Shown here piece by piece: positions 1 through 11,565 of a stretch of 64,000 nt of DNA (position 1 is the stretch's first letter; each line of letters begins with the position of its first letter). Position numbers and translations under genes: made by a program. The stretch is from NCBI GenBank assembly GCA_046758745.1, contig JBHIAV010000011.1, positions 10,952 to 74,951 of the forward strand, in the 5' to 3' direction. This DNA is from Gemmatimonadota bacterium. Its GTDB lineage: Bacteria; Gemmatimonadota; Gemmatimonadetes; Palauibacterales; Palauibacteraceae. The notes beneath the pieces are model-generated. The model was given only the letters and a program-made list of their open reading frames with translations, made no database searches and was not told the DNA's origin.

Positions 1-1
1 G

Positions 2-583
2 GTGGAGGTCGCCCGGCGATTCGGTCGCTTCGTCGGCGAGCGGGGCGTGCCCGTGTACTACTACGAGGATGCGGCCACGCGGCCGGAGCGACGGAGCCTG
101 CCGGCGATCCGCAAGGGACAGTACGAGGGGCTGCCCGAGAAGCTCGCGGATCCCGAGTGGCGGCCGGACGAGGGTCCGGCGGAGTTCAACCCGCGCTCCG
201 GCGCGACGGTGACGGGCGCGCGCTTCCCCCTCATCGCGTTCAACGTCAACCTTCGAACGACGGATCTTTCGATCGCGCGGACCATCGCCCTCGCCGTGCG
301 TCACATCAGCGGGGGGTACCGCTTCGTGCGCGGGATGGGCTTCGCTCTCGAAGAGAAGGAGATGGTCCAGGTCTCGATGAATCTCACCGACTACACGCGG
401 ACTCCGATCCATCGGGTGCTCGAGACGGTACGCTCGGAGGCCGCACGCTACGGCGTGCAGGTCGCCGGGACGGAGGTCATCGGCCCGGTGCCGCTCGCCG
501 CGCTGGAGGAGGTGATCAGGCACTATCTACAGGCGCACGACTTCACGATCGAGCAGGTGGTGGAGACGGCGCTCATCGACTGA
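2..583 (+). CDS. ftcD: Glutamate formiminotransferase, C-terminal part (5' truncated by window edge)
   Basis: Motifs LPAIRKGQYEGL, PDEGP..F.P..GATVTGAR..LIAFNVNL and VQVSMNLTDY..TP; sits upstream of hutI/hutU. Confidence 0.9.
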   Translation: MEVARRFGRFVGERGVPVYYYEDAATRPERRSLPAIRKGQYEGLPEKLADPEWRPDEGPAEFNPRSGATVTGARFPLIAFNVNLRTTDLSIARTIALAVRHISGGYRFVRGMGFALEEKEMVQVSMNLTDYTRTPIHRVLETVRSEAARYGVQVAGTEVIGPVPLAALEEVIRHYLQAHDFTIEQVVETALID

Positions 584-681
584 GAAGGCGGCCGGCGGTC
601 CGAAGGAGGCTCCGCCATTATGCCCGAGGGGCTTCCCGCGGTCTCGTCGCGCGGAGAGGAACGAGCGGACGCCGGGCCTCC

Positions 682-1917
682 ATGAAGCCAAAGGCAGAAC
701 TCCTGATAGCCGGAGCCGGCGAGCTCCTCACCTGCGTGCCGGCCGCCGGTGATCCAGCGGGCCGGATCCACGGCGGTGCCGTCGCCATCGGCGGCGAGCG
801 GATCCTCGCTGCGGGGCCCGAGCCCGAGGTGCGCGCCGCCGTCGATGCGAGCGGAGCCCGGGTGATCGAGGCGGCGGGCGCGGCGGTCGCCCCCGGCTTC
901 GTAGACAGCCATACGCACCTCGTGTTCGGCGGGTCGCGCTCGGCGGAGTACACGGCCCGGCTGACCCGCTCGCGCCGGGAGGTGGAGGCGCTCGGCATCC
1001 CGACCGGCATCGGGGCCACCGTGCGCATGACTCGGGCCGCATCGGGCGATGAGCTCCTCGAGAGCGCGCTCGCGCGGGTAGCCGGAATGCTGCGCTTCGG
1101 CACCACCACCGTCGAGAGCAAGAGCGGCTACGGCCTGAGCACGGAGCACGAGCTACGCATGCTCGGGGTGAACGCCCGGCTGGCCGCCGCGCAGCCCGTC
1201 GACGTGGTGAGCACCTTCCTCGGTGCGCACGCTTTCCCGGAAGAGATGTCGCGGGGCGCGTACGTGGAGTGCGTGATCGAGGAGATGCTCCCCGAAGTGG
1301 CGCAGCGCGGGCTCGCGGAGTTCTGCGACGTCTTTCTCGATGACGGCTACTACACGGTGGCCGAGGCGCGACGCATCCTGGAGGCGGGGCGCGAGGCCGG
1401 GTTGCGACTCAAGCTGCACACCGACCAATACGCCGCCCTGGGTGGCGCTGCGTTGGCGGCCGAGCTCGAGGTCGTTTCCGCGGACCACCTCAACTACGCG
1501 GACGGGGATTCCCTCCGCCGGCTGGCCGAGGCGAAGGTCACCGCGGTCGGCACTCCTCTTCTCGACTTCGCCGTCCGCCATCCGCGGCCGTTCGACGCGC
1601 GCGGCATGCTGGAGGCCGGTCTCACCCTCGCCCTCGCCACGGACCTCTGCCCGGGGTGCTGGGCGGAGTCGATGCAGCTGGCGATCCAATTCGCCTGCCG
1701 CGCCTACGCTCTCTCTGCCGAGGAGGCGCTGTATGCGGCCACGGTCGGAGGCGCGCGGGCGCTCGGCCTGGAGGACCGCGGCGCCATCGCACCCGGCCTC
1801 CTCGCCGACGTGCAGATGTGGAAGGTCGCGAGCCTCGAGGAGATGGTCTACCGGTTGGGAGACAACGCCGTGGCGCTGGTCATCAAGCGCGGCGAGATTG
1901 TGGTGGAGGCACGGTGA
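682..1917 (+). CDS. hutI: Imidazolonepropionase
   Basis: PGFVDSHTHLVFGGSR, GTTTVESKSGYGL, FLGAH, FCDVF, LATD motifs; start set at ATG 682 inside ORF 157..1917. Confidence 0.93.
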   Translation: MKPKAELLIAGAGELLTCVPAAGDPAGRIHGGAVAIGGERILAAGPEPEVRAAVDASGARVIEAAGAAVAPGFVDSHTHLVFGGSRSAEYTARLTRSRREVEALGIPTGIGATVRMTRAASGDELLESALARVAGMLRFGTTTVESKSGYGLSTEHELRMLGVNARLAAAQPVDVVSTFLGAHAFPEEMSRGAYVECVIEEMLPEVAQRGLAEFCDVFLDDGYYTVAEARRILEAGREAGLRLKLHTDQYAALGGAALAAELEVVSADHLNYADGDSLRRLAEAKVTAVGTPLLDFAVRHPRPFDARGMLEAGLTLALATDLCPGCWAESMQLAIQFACRAYALSAEEALYAATVGGARALGLEDRGAIAPGLLADVQMWKVASLEEMVYRLGDNAVALVIKRGEIVVEAR

Positions 1918-1974
1918 GCGTTTCCGGCCGGCGCTGGGAAGCGAGGGCCTCGACATGCCGCAGGTAGACTCGAC

Positions 1975-3645
<1,671 letters not shown>

Positions 3646-3689
3646 GGTGCCTTCCGCTCGTACCGGCGGGGTCGGGGAGCGGGCGGCGA

Positions 3690-6032
3690 CTACTCCCCGT
3701 CGGCGGACTCCCCGTCGGCGGACTCCCCGTCGGTCGAGCCGAGCACCCTGCGCAGCGCCTCGCGGTCCTCCTTCCCGGCGAACAGGGTGGCGCCCGTCTT
3801 CATCAGATCCGACACGACCTCCGGAAGCGGCCGGATCGCCCGCTCCCTCCGGTACTCGCTGATGTCGCCGATGAAGGGCCACAGCCGCTGACGGATATCG
3901 GGCGGCAGAACCTGCTCCAGGTACTCGAGCGAGTAGCTTTTCAGGTTCTCGTCGTCGAGGATGATGCCGTGATAGGCAGAGCGCACCGCCTCCGGTTCGA
4001 GCACGAAGCTGAGGAGGCGGAAGGTGTGTTCGAGGCTTAGCTCGCCGCGCACGCCGGCTCGCCGCGCGACGAAGTCGTCTTCGCTGGATTCCGTCCTGTC
4101 GAGCAGCCTCTGCAGCTCCCACACGGGTCGCTCGCGGCTCAGCTCCCGGCGCACCGCCTCCCACACGTGGGCCTTCCAGTCTCCCCTCACCTCCGGCATC
4201 CGGTCGCGGCGCCGGCGGGCCAACGCGAGGGCGGCACGGTAGCGGATCTCGAAGCGCGACGCACCGAGGGCGTCGACCAGGGCCGCGTCGGCTTCCTGTG
4301 CGCCGATTCTGGCCAGCGCTCCCGGGATGCGGCGTCGGATGACGAAGTCGGCGCTCTCGTCGGCGAGCAGGGTCGCCAGATGCGGGACGGCCGGCTCGCC
4401 GATGGCGGCGAGCGCCTCGATGACCCGCTCGGCCAGGGCGTCTCGGGCCAGGACGCGGACGAGAGCGGGAACGTGCTCCTCCCCCCACCGCCGCGGCTCG
4501 GAAAGGGCGGCCGCCAGAAGGCCCACGTCGGACGAGGCCAGCACGGCGCTCAGGTCGCGGGGAGCATCCCGCCGTCCCCCCGGTGGCGGGAGCGAGGCGG
4601 GCCGCTCCTCAGGCTCCGCAGGGACCGAGGCTCTCCCTTCCAGCCCGAGACCGCGAGCGCGCAGTGCGTCCGTCATGTCCATTCGCGTCACGGTAGCCGT
4701 GAGAGCATCCCGACCTGCGAGCCGTCGATCGAGCCCCGGCGATACCGGCCTCTCGCCGCCCTCCGCCAGCCTCTCCTTGAGCGTGACGAAGTACCGGCGG
4801 CCCATCGCCCGGCTCAGGAAGAGGAAGAGCACGGCCAGGAGGATGACGAAGATGGAGAGGTAACGTGACGGCAGGCCGGGGAGGGTCACCCACAGGAAGA
4901 CGATGAGGGCTCCGAGGCCTTCCGCGACGCTGTCCACGGTGAAGTCGATGAGCGTCTTCGTCTTTCGGCGCAGCAGCGGTGGCACCGGCACGTACAGGAA
5001 CTCGATCACCGAGCGATGCAGCGACTTACGGAGCGAGGTGTCGGCGCCGCGCACGAGCGTCGCGAGGGCGAGTCCGGGCGCGACGAGGAGACCGGTCGAC
5101 CCGAGAAGCAGAACGGCCGGCAAGATGGAGAGGCTCCACGCGACCCCGGCCGTCGCCATCAGCCGGGAGGTCACGAGGAGCTGCACGGCGAGCGAGATAC
5201 CGCCGGTCCACCCGTAGAACGCGCCGAAGAAGCTCGCCAGCTGTTCCTTCGTGACCAGGCTGGCGCGGACCTGCTCCTTGAACTGATAGTCGACCAGCGT
5301 GCTCGCCATGGTCGCGGTCAGGACGATCAGTGCGATAGTTCGGAGGTGCGGTGTTCTCCAGACGGGCCTCGGACCCTCCCGGAGGGAGGTGATCCTCTCC
5401 TCCGGGCTCCTCTTCGAGGCCGGAGCGGCCGACGCCGCGGTGGGGCGGGGGAGCAGGCGCTGGATCCCGATGAGGAGGAGGAGAAACAGCGGGAGGAGGG
5501 CGATGAGCCACACCGAGTCGAAACGGGCCGTCAGCCAGCGCACCGAGTTGCCCGTCACCATCGCTCCCAGTGTGCCGCCCGCGCTGATCAGCCCGAACAG
5601 CCGTTTGGCCCCACGCACCGGGAACTGCTCCGACGTCGCGACCCAGAAGCCGGAGGTGAGGAGCAGCGTCCCTCCCGCCGTCCACAGGTAGAAGGCGATG
5701 ACCCCTGCGTCCTGGCGGCCCACGAGCGGCCACACCAGGAGGAGTCCGCCGGCCAGGAAGAGAGCCACCTTCGTCAGGGCCTCCCGCGGATTCTCGTGCG
5801 CGAGATAGCGGGAGAAGAGGGCCACGGCCGGCAGGCCGAGCACCGCCACCGCGATCGTGATGTAGGGGAGGGTGGTGACGTCGAACACGTCGAGGTAGAG
5901 GGCCTCGCGCAGAGACCGCGCGAGGACGAGGAAGGAGATGACGAGAAAGGCCCCGAGGAAGGAGACGACGACCCTGCGCACCTCGTTCGGCCGAATGTCC
6001 AGCCAGCGGGCCAGATTCTCGGAGAGGCTCAT
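3690..6032 (-). CDS. Npt1/Npt2 (TLC-like, MFS-fold) transporter fused to C-terminal HEAT-like repeats
   Basis: About 12 hydrophobic segments with FW....F..R.AKRLFGLI.AGG.LG and LVDYQFK motifs, then Ala/Leu-rich helical repeats (IRRRIPGALARIG, IRYRAALALAR). Confidence 0.75.
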   Translation of the reverse strand: MSLSENLARWLDIRPNEVRRVVVSFLGAFLVISFLVLARSLREALYLDVFDVTTLPYITIAVAVLGLPAVALFSRYLAHENPREALTKVALFLAGGLLLVWPLVGRQDAGVIAFYLWTAGGTLLLTSGFWVATSEQFPVRGAKRLFGLISAGGTLGAMVTGNSVRWLTARFDSVWLIALLPLFLLLLIGIQRLLPRPTAASAAPASKRSPEERITSLREGPRPVWRTPHLRTIALIVLTATMASTLVDYQFKEQVRASLVTKEQLASFFGAFYGWTGGISLAVQLLVTSRLMATAGVAWSLSILPAVLLLGSTGLLVAPGLALATLVRGADTSLRKSLHRSVIEFLYVPVPPLLRRKTKTLIDFTVDSVAEGLGALIVFLWVTLPGLPSRYLSIFVILLAVLFLFLSRAMGRRYFVTLKERLAEGGERPVSPGLDRRLAGRDALTATVTRMDMTDALRARGLGLEGRASVPAEPEERPASLPPPGGRRDAPRDLSAVLASSDVGLLAAALSEPRRWGEEHVPALVRVLARDALAERVIEALAAIGEPAVPHLATLLADESADFVIRRRIPGALARIGAQEADAALVDALGASRFEIRYRAALALARRRRDRMPEVRGDWKAHVWEAVRRELSRERPVWELQRLLDRTESSEDDFVARRAGVRGELSLEHTFRLLSFVLEPEAVRSAYHGIILDDENLKSYSLEYLEQVLPPDIRQRLWPFIGDISEYRRERAIRPLPEVVSDLMKTGATLFAGKEDREALRRVLGSTDGESADGESADGE
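3692..3733. repeat. 15-bp tandem repeat (actccccgtcggcgg, about 3 copies) encoding DGESA-DGESA-DGE at the C-terminus of the Npt-HEAT gene
   Basis: Read directly from the sequence. Confidence 0.85.
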
Positions 6033-6171
6033 TGGGCGGCTGGCCGGAGGGGATCCGGATCGCGAGTCGGCGGAGCCGAATCAGCGAGCCCTTCAGGGAC
6101 GACGCGCTGGCGGAGCCGGTCGTGACGGACGGACCGCTGACCGGTTTCGAGTCGGCCAAGTCGGCTGAGCC

Positions 6172-7527
6172 CTACTTGGGAAGGCCATGCCGTATGACGA
6201 GGTCCATCACCTCCACGAACCGGTCGAGCTCCTCGAGAGTGGTGTAGACGCTCGGAGAGATCCGAAGCCCCCGGAACTCATCATGCGTGATCGGCGTGGA
6301 GAGAATGCGATGCTTCTCCCACAGCCACGCCGCGAGCGCTCCCGGTTCGATCCCCTCGATCTCCACCGTCGCGATCCCGCACGCGAACCCCGGCTTCAGG
6401 CTCGTGTGCAGACGGACCCGGTCGCGTTCCAGCAGGCGGCGAGCCCAGTAGTCCCGAAGGTAGATGAGGCGCGCCTCCTTGCGCTTGCCGCCTATGCCCT
6501 GATGGAAGGTGAGGGCCTCCGCGATCGCCAGGTAGTTGGCGGCCGGATGGGTCCCGATCTCCTCGAACTTTCGGATGTCTTCATCCATCTCCTCCGAGGC
6601 GGCCATGAGCGGCCACAGGTCGACGATCTTGTCGCGCCGCACGTACAGCAGGCCGGTTCCGTGCGGGGCGAAGAGCCATTTGTGCAGGCTCGTCGAGTAG
6701 TAGTCGCAGTCGAGATCCGAGATCTTGAAGTCGAAGTGGGCGAGCGCGTGCGCTCCGTCTACGATGACGGGGATGCCGCGCGCTCGGGCCATCCGCACCA
6801 CGTCCCGAACCGGCAGGATCTGTCCGGTGAGGTTGATCATGTGGCACATCAGGATGAGCCTCGTGCGGCGCGTTACGGCCTCCTCGAAGCGGCGCACGAC
6901 CTCCGCTGTATCTTCGGCGGGCGTGGGGATGGAGATCTGGCGCAGTACGACGCCCTGGCGGCGCTCGCGCTGCTCGAAGGTGGTGATCATCCGAGGATAG
7001 TCCTGGTTGGTCGTCAGGATCTCGTCCCCCGGCTCGAGGTCGAAGCCGAACTGACAGATCTGCAGGCTCTCGGAAGCGTTCCGGGTGAGCGCGATCTCCT
7101 CCGCATCAGTGTTCCACTCCCTGGCCAACCGGGCGCGCACCCCTTCACGCTGCGGCTCCAGAACCCGCCACATCGTGTAGACGGGAGCCTGGTTCGAGTA
7201 ATCGAGGTGGCGTTTCATGGCGTCCTGGACGAAGGCCGGGGAGGGGCTGACGCCGCCGTTGTTCAGGTTGATGAGGCTCCGGTCGACCGTGAAGGCGCGC
7301 GCCACCTCGTCCCAGAAGTCCTCGTCCGCGGCGACCTGATCGGGGGCTCCCGGACGCGCCGCCAGCTCGGCGGCGATGCGGCTCGCCCGCCCGGCCGAGA
7401 GCCGGGGCGCGGGGAACGGTATGCCGGCGACCGCGGCGAAGGTGGGCAGGCCGATCGCCCCGAGGAAGCGGCGCCGGTCGTACAGCCCTTGGACGCCGTG
7501 CCCGCCGGAGCCAGTCCGGATCCTCAT
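6172..7527 (-). CDS. Class V PLP-dependent aminotransferase (isopenicillin-N-epimerase / cysteine-desulfurase-like) with a twin-arginine signal
   Basis: NLNNGGVSPSP, VDGAHA, SLHKWLFAPHGTG (PLP lysine); N-terminal DRRRFLGA. Confidence 0.85.
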   Translation of the reverse strand: MRIRTGSGGHGVQGLYDRRRFLGAIGLPTFAAVAGIPFPAPRLSAGRASRIAAELAARPGAPDQVAADEDFWDEVARAFTVDRSLINLNNGGVSPSPAFVQDAMKRHLDYSNQAPVYTMWRVLEPQREGVRARLAREWNTDAEEIALTRNASESLQICQFGFDLEPGDEILTTNQDYPRMITTFEQRERRQGVVLRQISIPTPAEDTAEVVRRFEEAVTRRTRLILMCHMINLTGQILPVRDVVRMARARGIPVIVDGAHALAHFDFKISDLDCDYYSTSLHKWLFAPHGTGLLYVRRDKIVDLWPLMAASEEMDEDIRKFEEIGTHPAANYLAIAEALTFHQGIGGKRKEARLIYLRDYWARRLLERDRVRLHTSLKPGFACGIATVEIEGIEPGALAAWLWEKHRILSTPITHDEFRGLRISPSVYTTLEELDRFVEVMDLVIRHGLPK

Positions 7528-7623
7528 GTGGCGGTCTGCGTTCTCATGCGTCGGTCCAGGCTCCGGCGGAGCCGGACGGCCCGTATGGCCCCCTGGGCTC
7601 CGCCGCTCGGCGGCCGAATCCCC

Positions 7624-8277
7624 CTACGGCCGCATCCCCATGCCCGGCATCTCCTGGGGGGTCTCGGTGATCGAGGAAGTAGCGTCGGTGCCGTGCCCGG
7701 CGAGCGCCATTCCCGTACCGTCGTCGGACCTCCCCTTCACGAAGCCGAAGGGCACCTCCTTCGTGACCCACGCTTCGCCGTTCGGACTCCGCAGGTGCGT
7801 AGCCCGGTACGTGCCGGCCGGCACGGTGACGTCCTCCGTTCCGACGACCTCCGACGCCTCGCACTCCGCGGCGAAGTCCATGATCTTCCCCTGGGAGGCC
7901 ATGTCTCGCATAAACCCGAGCATGCTCTCCGGCGCCTTCATCGCCGGCTGATCTCCCACCTTCATCACCATCCCCTGGATCTGCTCCGGGCTGAAGCCGA
8001 TGCGAGGGACGAGCACCTGCGTGATCAGCGGCGTGCTGCCGCCCGTCATCTTCATCTCGATCCACTGCAGCGTCTCACCGTTCTTCTCCTCTTCACCGAC
8101 GACGGCGATTCGCACCGATTCCGCATCGGTGCTTCCTCCCGACATGCGATACAGAACCCATTGGCCGACTTGCGACTGCCTGAATGGATCACACAGGTCG
8201 GTCGTCGGCTGGGCGGCGGCGGGGGCCTGAGCGACAAAGAGCGCCAGGCACGATACAGCCAGGATGCGTCGTAGCAT
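7624..8277 (-). CDS. Secreted hypothetical protein with a VTVPAGTY motif
   Basis: Signal peptide MLRRILAVSCLALFVAQAPAAAQ; GGAG upstream of ATG; natural amino-acid composition. Confidence 0.7.
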   Translation of the reverse strand: MLRRILAVSCLALFVAQAPAAAQPTTDLCDPFRQSQVGQWVLYRMSGGSTDAESVRIAVVGEEEKNGETLQWIEMKMTGGSTPLITQVLVPRIGFSPEQIQGMVMKVGDQPAMKAPESMLGFMRDMASQGKIMDFAAECEASEVVGTEDVTVPAGTYRATHLRSPNGEAWVTKEVPFGFVKGRSDDGTGMALAGHGTDATSSITETPQEMPGMGMRP

Positions 8278-8520
8278 GCCGTAACTCCAGTTGTGGTAGT
8301 CGACGCTTCGCGCGTGCGCCGGGCACGCGGCCAGCGGCACACGTCGGGGCGGAGATCGCCTCGCCCCGCTCGATCGGAACCTTACCTCCGAGAGAGGAAA
8401 GCGGCCAGCCCGACGACCGGGTGGGGCGGAACCATCCCCCTCCTACCCCATTGTGTAGTATAGAGTGCGGGGGGGGGCGGGACACTCGAAGGGCATCCAT
8501 GAGGGGCTGCGAGGTGTGAA

Positions 8521-8958
8521 ATGACCGGACGCGGATGGGCTCGCCTTTTTTGCCGCATGATCGTGGGACTGCTCTTCCTGATGGCGGGGTGGTTCAAGGT
8601 CTTCGAGATGACGCCCATGGGGCACGCCACCAGGCTCTTCACCGAGCCGTATGCCGACACGTGGATCCCGCACTTCGTGTTGCTCCTTCTCGGCCTGGCG
8701 ATCCCGATAGTCGAGCTCCTCGCGGGCTTCCTCCTCGTGGTGGGGTGGAGGACCCGCGAGGCCCTGGTGGCGCTCGGCGTGATTCTCGTCATCGTGACCT
8801 ACGGTCACACGCTCAAGGAGCCGATCTTCAGCATCGCCGAGCACATCCTGCCGCGGGCAGCGCTCATCGTGGCGGCGCTCGTCCTGCCGGCGGAGGAGGA
8901 CGCGCTGTCTGTGGACGGGTGGCTGGCGCGCCGGGGAGTGCGTGGTGCCGGTCCCTGA
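8521..8958 (+). CDS. DoxX family membrane protein
   Basis: R..VGLLFL.AGWFK, P..ELLAGFLLVVGWRTR, LSVDG; GAGGTG RBS. Confidence 0.8.
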   Translation: MTGRGWARLFCRMIVGLLFLMAGWFKVFEMTPMGHATRLFTEPYADTWIPHFVLLLLGLAIPIVELLAGFLLVVGWRTREALVALGVILVIVTYGHTLKEPIFSIAEHILPRAALIVAALVLPAEEDALSVDGWLARRGVRGAGP

Positions 8959-9046
8959 CGCGCCGGAGACTGCGTGGTGCCGGTCCCCGACGCGCCGGAG
9001 ACTGCGTGGTGCCGGTCCCCGACGCGCCGGAGAGTGCATGGCGCCG
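8927..9046. repeat. 32-bp tandem repeat (cgcgccggagactgcgtggtgccggtccccga), three full copies and one degenerate partial copy
   Basis: Copies start at 8927, 8959, 8991 and 9023; copies 2 and 3 are identical; no spacers. Confidence 0.9.
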
Positions 9047-9061
9047 ACCTGATGGGCCGGC

Positions 9062-9484
9062 TCACTCGCCGATGATCTTGATCAAAACCCGCTTGTCGCG
9101 TCGGCCATCGAACTCGCCGTAGAAGATCTGCTCCCACGGTCCGAAGTCGAGCCGGCCACCCGTAACCGCCACTACGACCTCGCGCCCCATAATCTGCCTC
9201 TTGTGATGGGCGTCCGCGTTGTCCTCGCCCGTCCGGTTGTGATGGTAACGCTCGGGGCTCGGGTCGAAGGGAGCGAGCTCCTCCAGCCAGCGCTTGTAGT
9301 CGTGATGCAGGCCGGGCTCGTCGTCGTTGATGAAGACCGAGGCGGTGATGTGCATCGCGTTCACCAGGCAGAGGCCCTCCCGGACCCCGCTCTTTCGCAG
9401 CTCCTCCTCGACCTGTGTTGTAATGTTGATGAAATCCATGCGGCGCGGGATGTGGAAGGTGAGATACGACGTGTGCGATTTCAT
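9062..9484 (-). CDS. yjbQ: YjbQ family (UPF0047, secondary thiamine-phosphate synthase)
   Basis: [36 protein letters not shown]. Confidence 0.9.
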   Translation of the reverse strand: MKSHTSYLTFHIPRRMDFINITTQVEEELRKSGVREGLCLVNAMHITASVFINDDEPGLHHDYKRWLEELAPFDPSPERYHHNRTGEDNADAHHKRQIMGREVVVAVTGGRLDFGPWEQIFYGEFDGRRDKRVLIKIIGE

Positions 9485-9710
9485 TCGAGCACTCCGAACT
9501 GAACGAGGAGAAACAGGCTCGTGGCCGCTGTCATGTATCCGATTCCGAAAATCGCCCGAGCCCGCAGACCCGGACCGGGCCGGAGCGACGCGTCGGGGAT
9601 CATACGGGTCACACAGTAACAGTTCAGCGTGAAGAGATGTGGCGCGAGGGGAACAAGGCCACGGCGGCCAGCTTTACCAGCACCACCGGATCGGGATGGA
9701 GGAAGGTGAC
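9481..9710 (-). pseudogene. Frameshifted C-terminal remnant of a membrane transporter (Nramp-like)
   Basis: Two adjacent frames give [21 protein letters not shown] and then [24 protein letters not shown]...[24 protein letters not shown]; the stop overlaps the yjbQ ATG. Confidence 0.4.
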
Positions 9711-9890
9711 ACCCGACCGCGTCCAGTCGACGCCAGCCGCGGGGACTTGAGGCCGCTGTGATCCGGTCTCTATGTTCCGGCTGCTTCATGTACCGCAAGA
9801 TCCCCGGGGAGAGGGCGGAGCAAGGCGGCCCGGCGTGCCTCGCGCGCGCACACGCCGATCTCACAAATTGCTTCCTGTGAAGCGTGTAAT

Positions 9891-10292
9891 ATGCGTCCGG
9901 ACACAACAGTACGCTGGATAGACGATCTGCGCTTCGAGGCGGCGGCCGGAGGTGCCGTGACCCTCATCGACGGCGATGGAAAGACCGGCCCGTCGCCCGT
10001 CTCGCTCCTCCTCGAATCCGTCGGAGCCTGCACGGCGGCGGACGTGGTGGACATCCTCAGGAAGGGGAGGGAGGACGTTCAGGGTCTCATCGTCGAGGTG
10101 TCGGCCGAGCGACGGGGGCAGCCGCCGCGTTACGTGAAGCGCCTGACTCTGCGCTTCCGGATCCAGGGACCCGTCAGCCGGAAGAAGGCGGAGCGGGCCG
10201 TCGACCTCTCGCTCGAGACCTACTGCAGCGTCTTCCACTCGATGCGAAAGGACCTGTCGCTGGACGTGGAGGTGGAGGTCGAGCCGGCCTAG
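9891..10292 (+). CDS. OsmC-like (YhfA-type) protein
   Basis: GPSP..LLL...GACT..DVV.IL.K and AV.LS...YCSV two-cysteine signature. Confidence 0.88.
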   Translation: MRPDTTVRWIDDLRFEAAAGGAVTLIDGDGKTGPSPVSLLLESVGACTAADVVDILRKGREDVQGLIVEVSAERRGQPPRYVKRLTLRFRIQGPVSRKKAERAVDLSLETYCSVFHSMRKDLSLDVEVEVEPA

Positions 10293-10295
10293 GCC

Positions 10296-10345
10296 GGGGC
10301 GCCGGCGAGCCACATTCCCCGGGGCGCGGGCGAGCCGCATTCCCC
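10296..10345. repeat. 25-bp tandem duplication (ggggcgcSggcgagccRcattcccc, 2 copies) between convergent genes
   Basis: 10296-10320 versus 10321-10345, two mismatches. Confidence 0.8.
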
Positions 10346-10396
10346 CGGCCGCTCCTCGGGGCGAAGACCGCCGCTCCTCCCCATGTGGGGCACCCT

Positions 10397-11242
10397 TCAG
10401 GGGAACGACAGAGAGAGCTTCACCTCGGCCATCAGCTCGTCGATGAGGGATGCGCTGGCGAGTTCCAGGTTGTGGAGCTCGCGCTCCGGCAACCGCTCGC
10501 GGAGCTCGGCGCCCAGGATCGGGACGAGGACGGCGCGCACCCGGAGCGTCACGTCGGCGTCCGCCGTCGGCCGGGTCTCATCGGCGAACAGCAGGGGGTG
10601 GAGGCCCGCCTTGATCTCCTGCGCCCCGACCTCGAGATGGTGCTCGCTTCCGCCCGCTCGCAGCTCCACCGTGTCGGTCCGCGACCATACCGTTTTCGCA
10701 TCCATAGAGTGCTGGAGCTGGACGGTTACCGCATACGGGCCGCGTCGGGCGCCTGCGAAGCCGAGGAGGATCGCGACGGACCCCTCGGGGCCGGCCGGCA
10801 CCGCTTCCAGGGCCGTGATCCGGTGCCGAGTCTCTCTCAGGTCGGCGAGCGCCTGCTCGGCCGTGGCCGCACGATCTCTCCGGGCTCGCTGCTGCCGCTC
10901 CGCGCCGATGAATAGGGCCACCGCGGCCAGAGCCGCGATCGCGCCGGCGGTAGCGGCTCGCGTCGCGACCCTGTGTGCGTCGGGGTCCCTCCCATGCCCG
11001 TCGGCCTCCTGCCTTCTCCCGTGTCGGAGGCCGACCAGCGTCCCGAGAGCGACCAATCCGACGAAAGTGGCAGCGGCGAGCGTCTGCAGGAGCCTCGCGC
11101 CCCACGCCGGCCACGTATCCTCCCCGAAGAGGTAGAGCCAGAAGACGCCGGCACCGCCTCCGACCGACCCGGCGGCCCCGAGCCCGCCGGCCAGTCCCCC
11201 CCATATCATGCCGGCGAACGCCCATTTCGTGCGGAGTCTCAT
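10397..11242 (-). CDS. Hypothetical membrane protein (about 3 TM segments plus a soluble beta-rich C-terminal domain)
   Basis: Hydrophobic N-terminal segments and a coherent 281-aa ORF; no family recognised. Confidence 0.6.
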   Translation of the reverse strand: MRLRTKWAFAGMIWGGLAGGLGAAGSVGGGAGVFWLYLFGEDTWPAWGARLLQTLAAATFVGLVALGTLVGLRHGRRQEADGHGRDPDAHRVATRAATAGAIAALAAVALFIGAERQQRARRDRAATAEQALADLRETRHRITALEAVPAGPEGSVAILLGFAGARRGPYAVTVQLQHSMDAKTVWSRTDTVELRAGGSEHHLEVGAQEIKAGLHPLLFADETRPTADADVTLRVRAVLVPILGAELRERLPERELHNLELASASLIDELMAEVKLSLSFP

Positions 11243-11493
11243 GTCGTCAGGCCAGCCGGTCCGGAGCGGGCGCAGCGGAACAGCTGGTTGGGAGCCGCCG
11301 CCGGACCGCGGGCAGGCAGGGAGGACGGGGTGGTGGGGCGGGTCTCATCGCAGCATCTCCGGTGGCCGAGGGCCCGGACCCCTCGACCGGGCTTCTCCGC
11401 TCCGGCCGCACGGCCGTGACCGAGCGAGCGCCGTCCCGTCTCGCCTTGGAGCGGGAAGCGCGGGGAGAGCTTACGGAACTCGGCTAGCGTACG

Positions 11494-11565
11494 CTATACC
11501 CGGAGCACCTTGCGGAGGGTGCGACGAATGAGCTCGATCGCGACGAGCAGCAAGATCCTGCGCAT
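11494..11565 (-). CDS. Candidate 23-aa cationic amphipathic peptide MRRILLLVAIELIRRTLRKVLRV
   Basis: AGGAG Shine-Dalgarno 8 nt upstream of ATG; mostly G/C-ending codons; below the ORF-track length cut-off. Confidence 0.5.
   Translation of the reverse strand: MRRILLLVAIELIRRTLRKVLRV

Noticed and set aside
8927..9046. Possible CRISPR array (32-bp repeats)
   Set aside because: Repeats are head-to-tail with no unique spacers, and there are no cas genes in the window.
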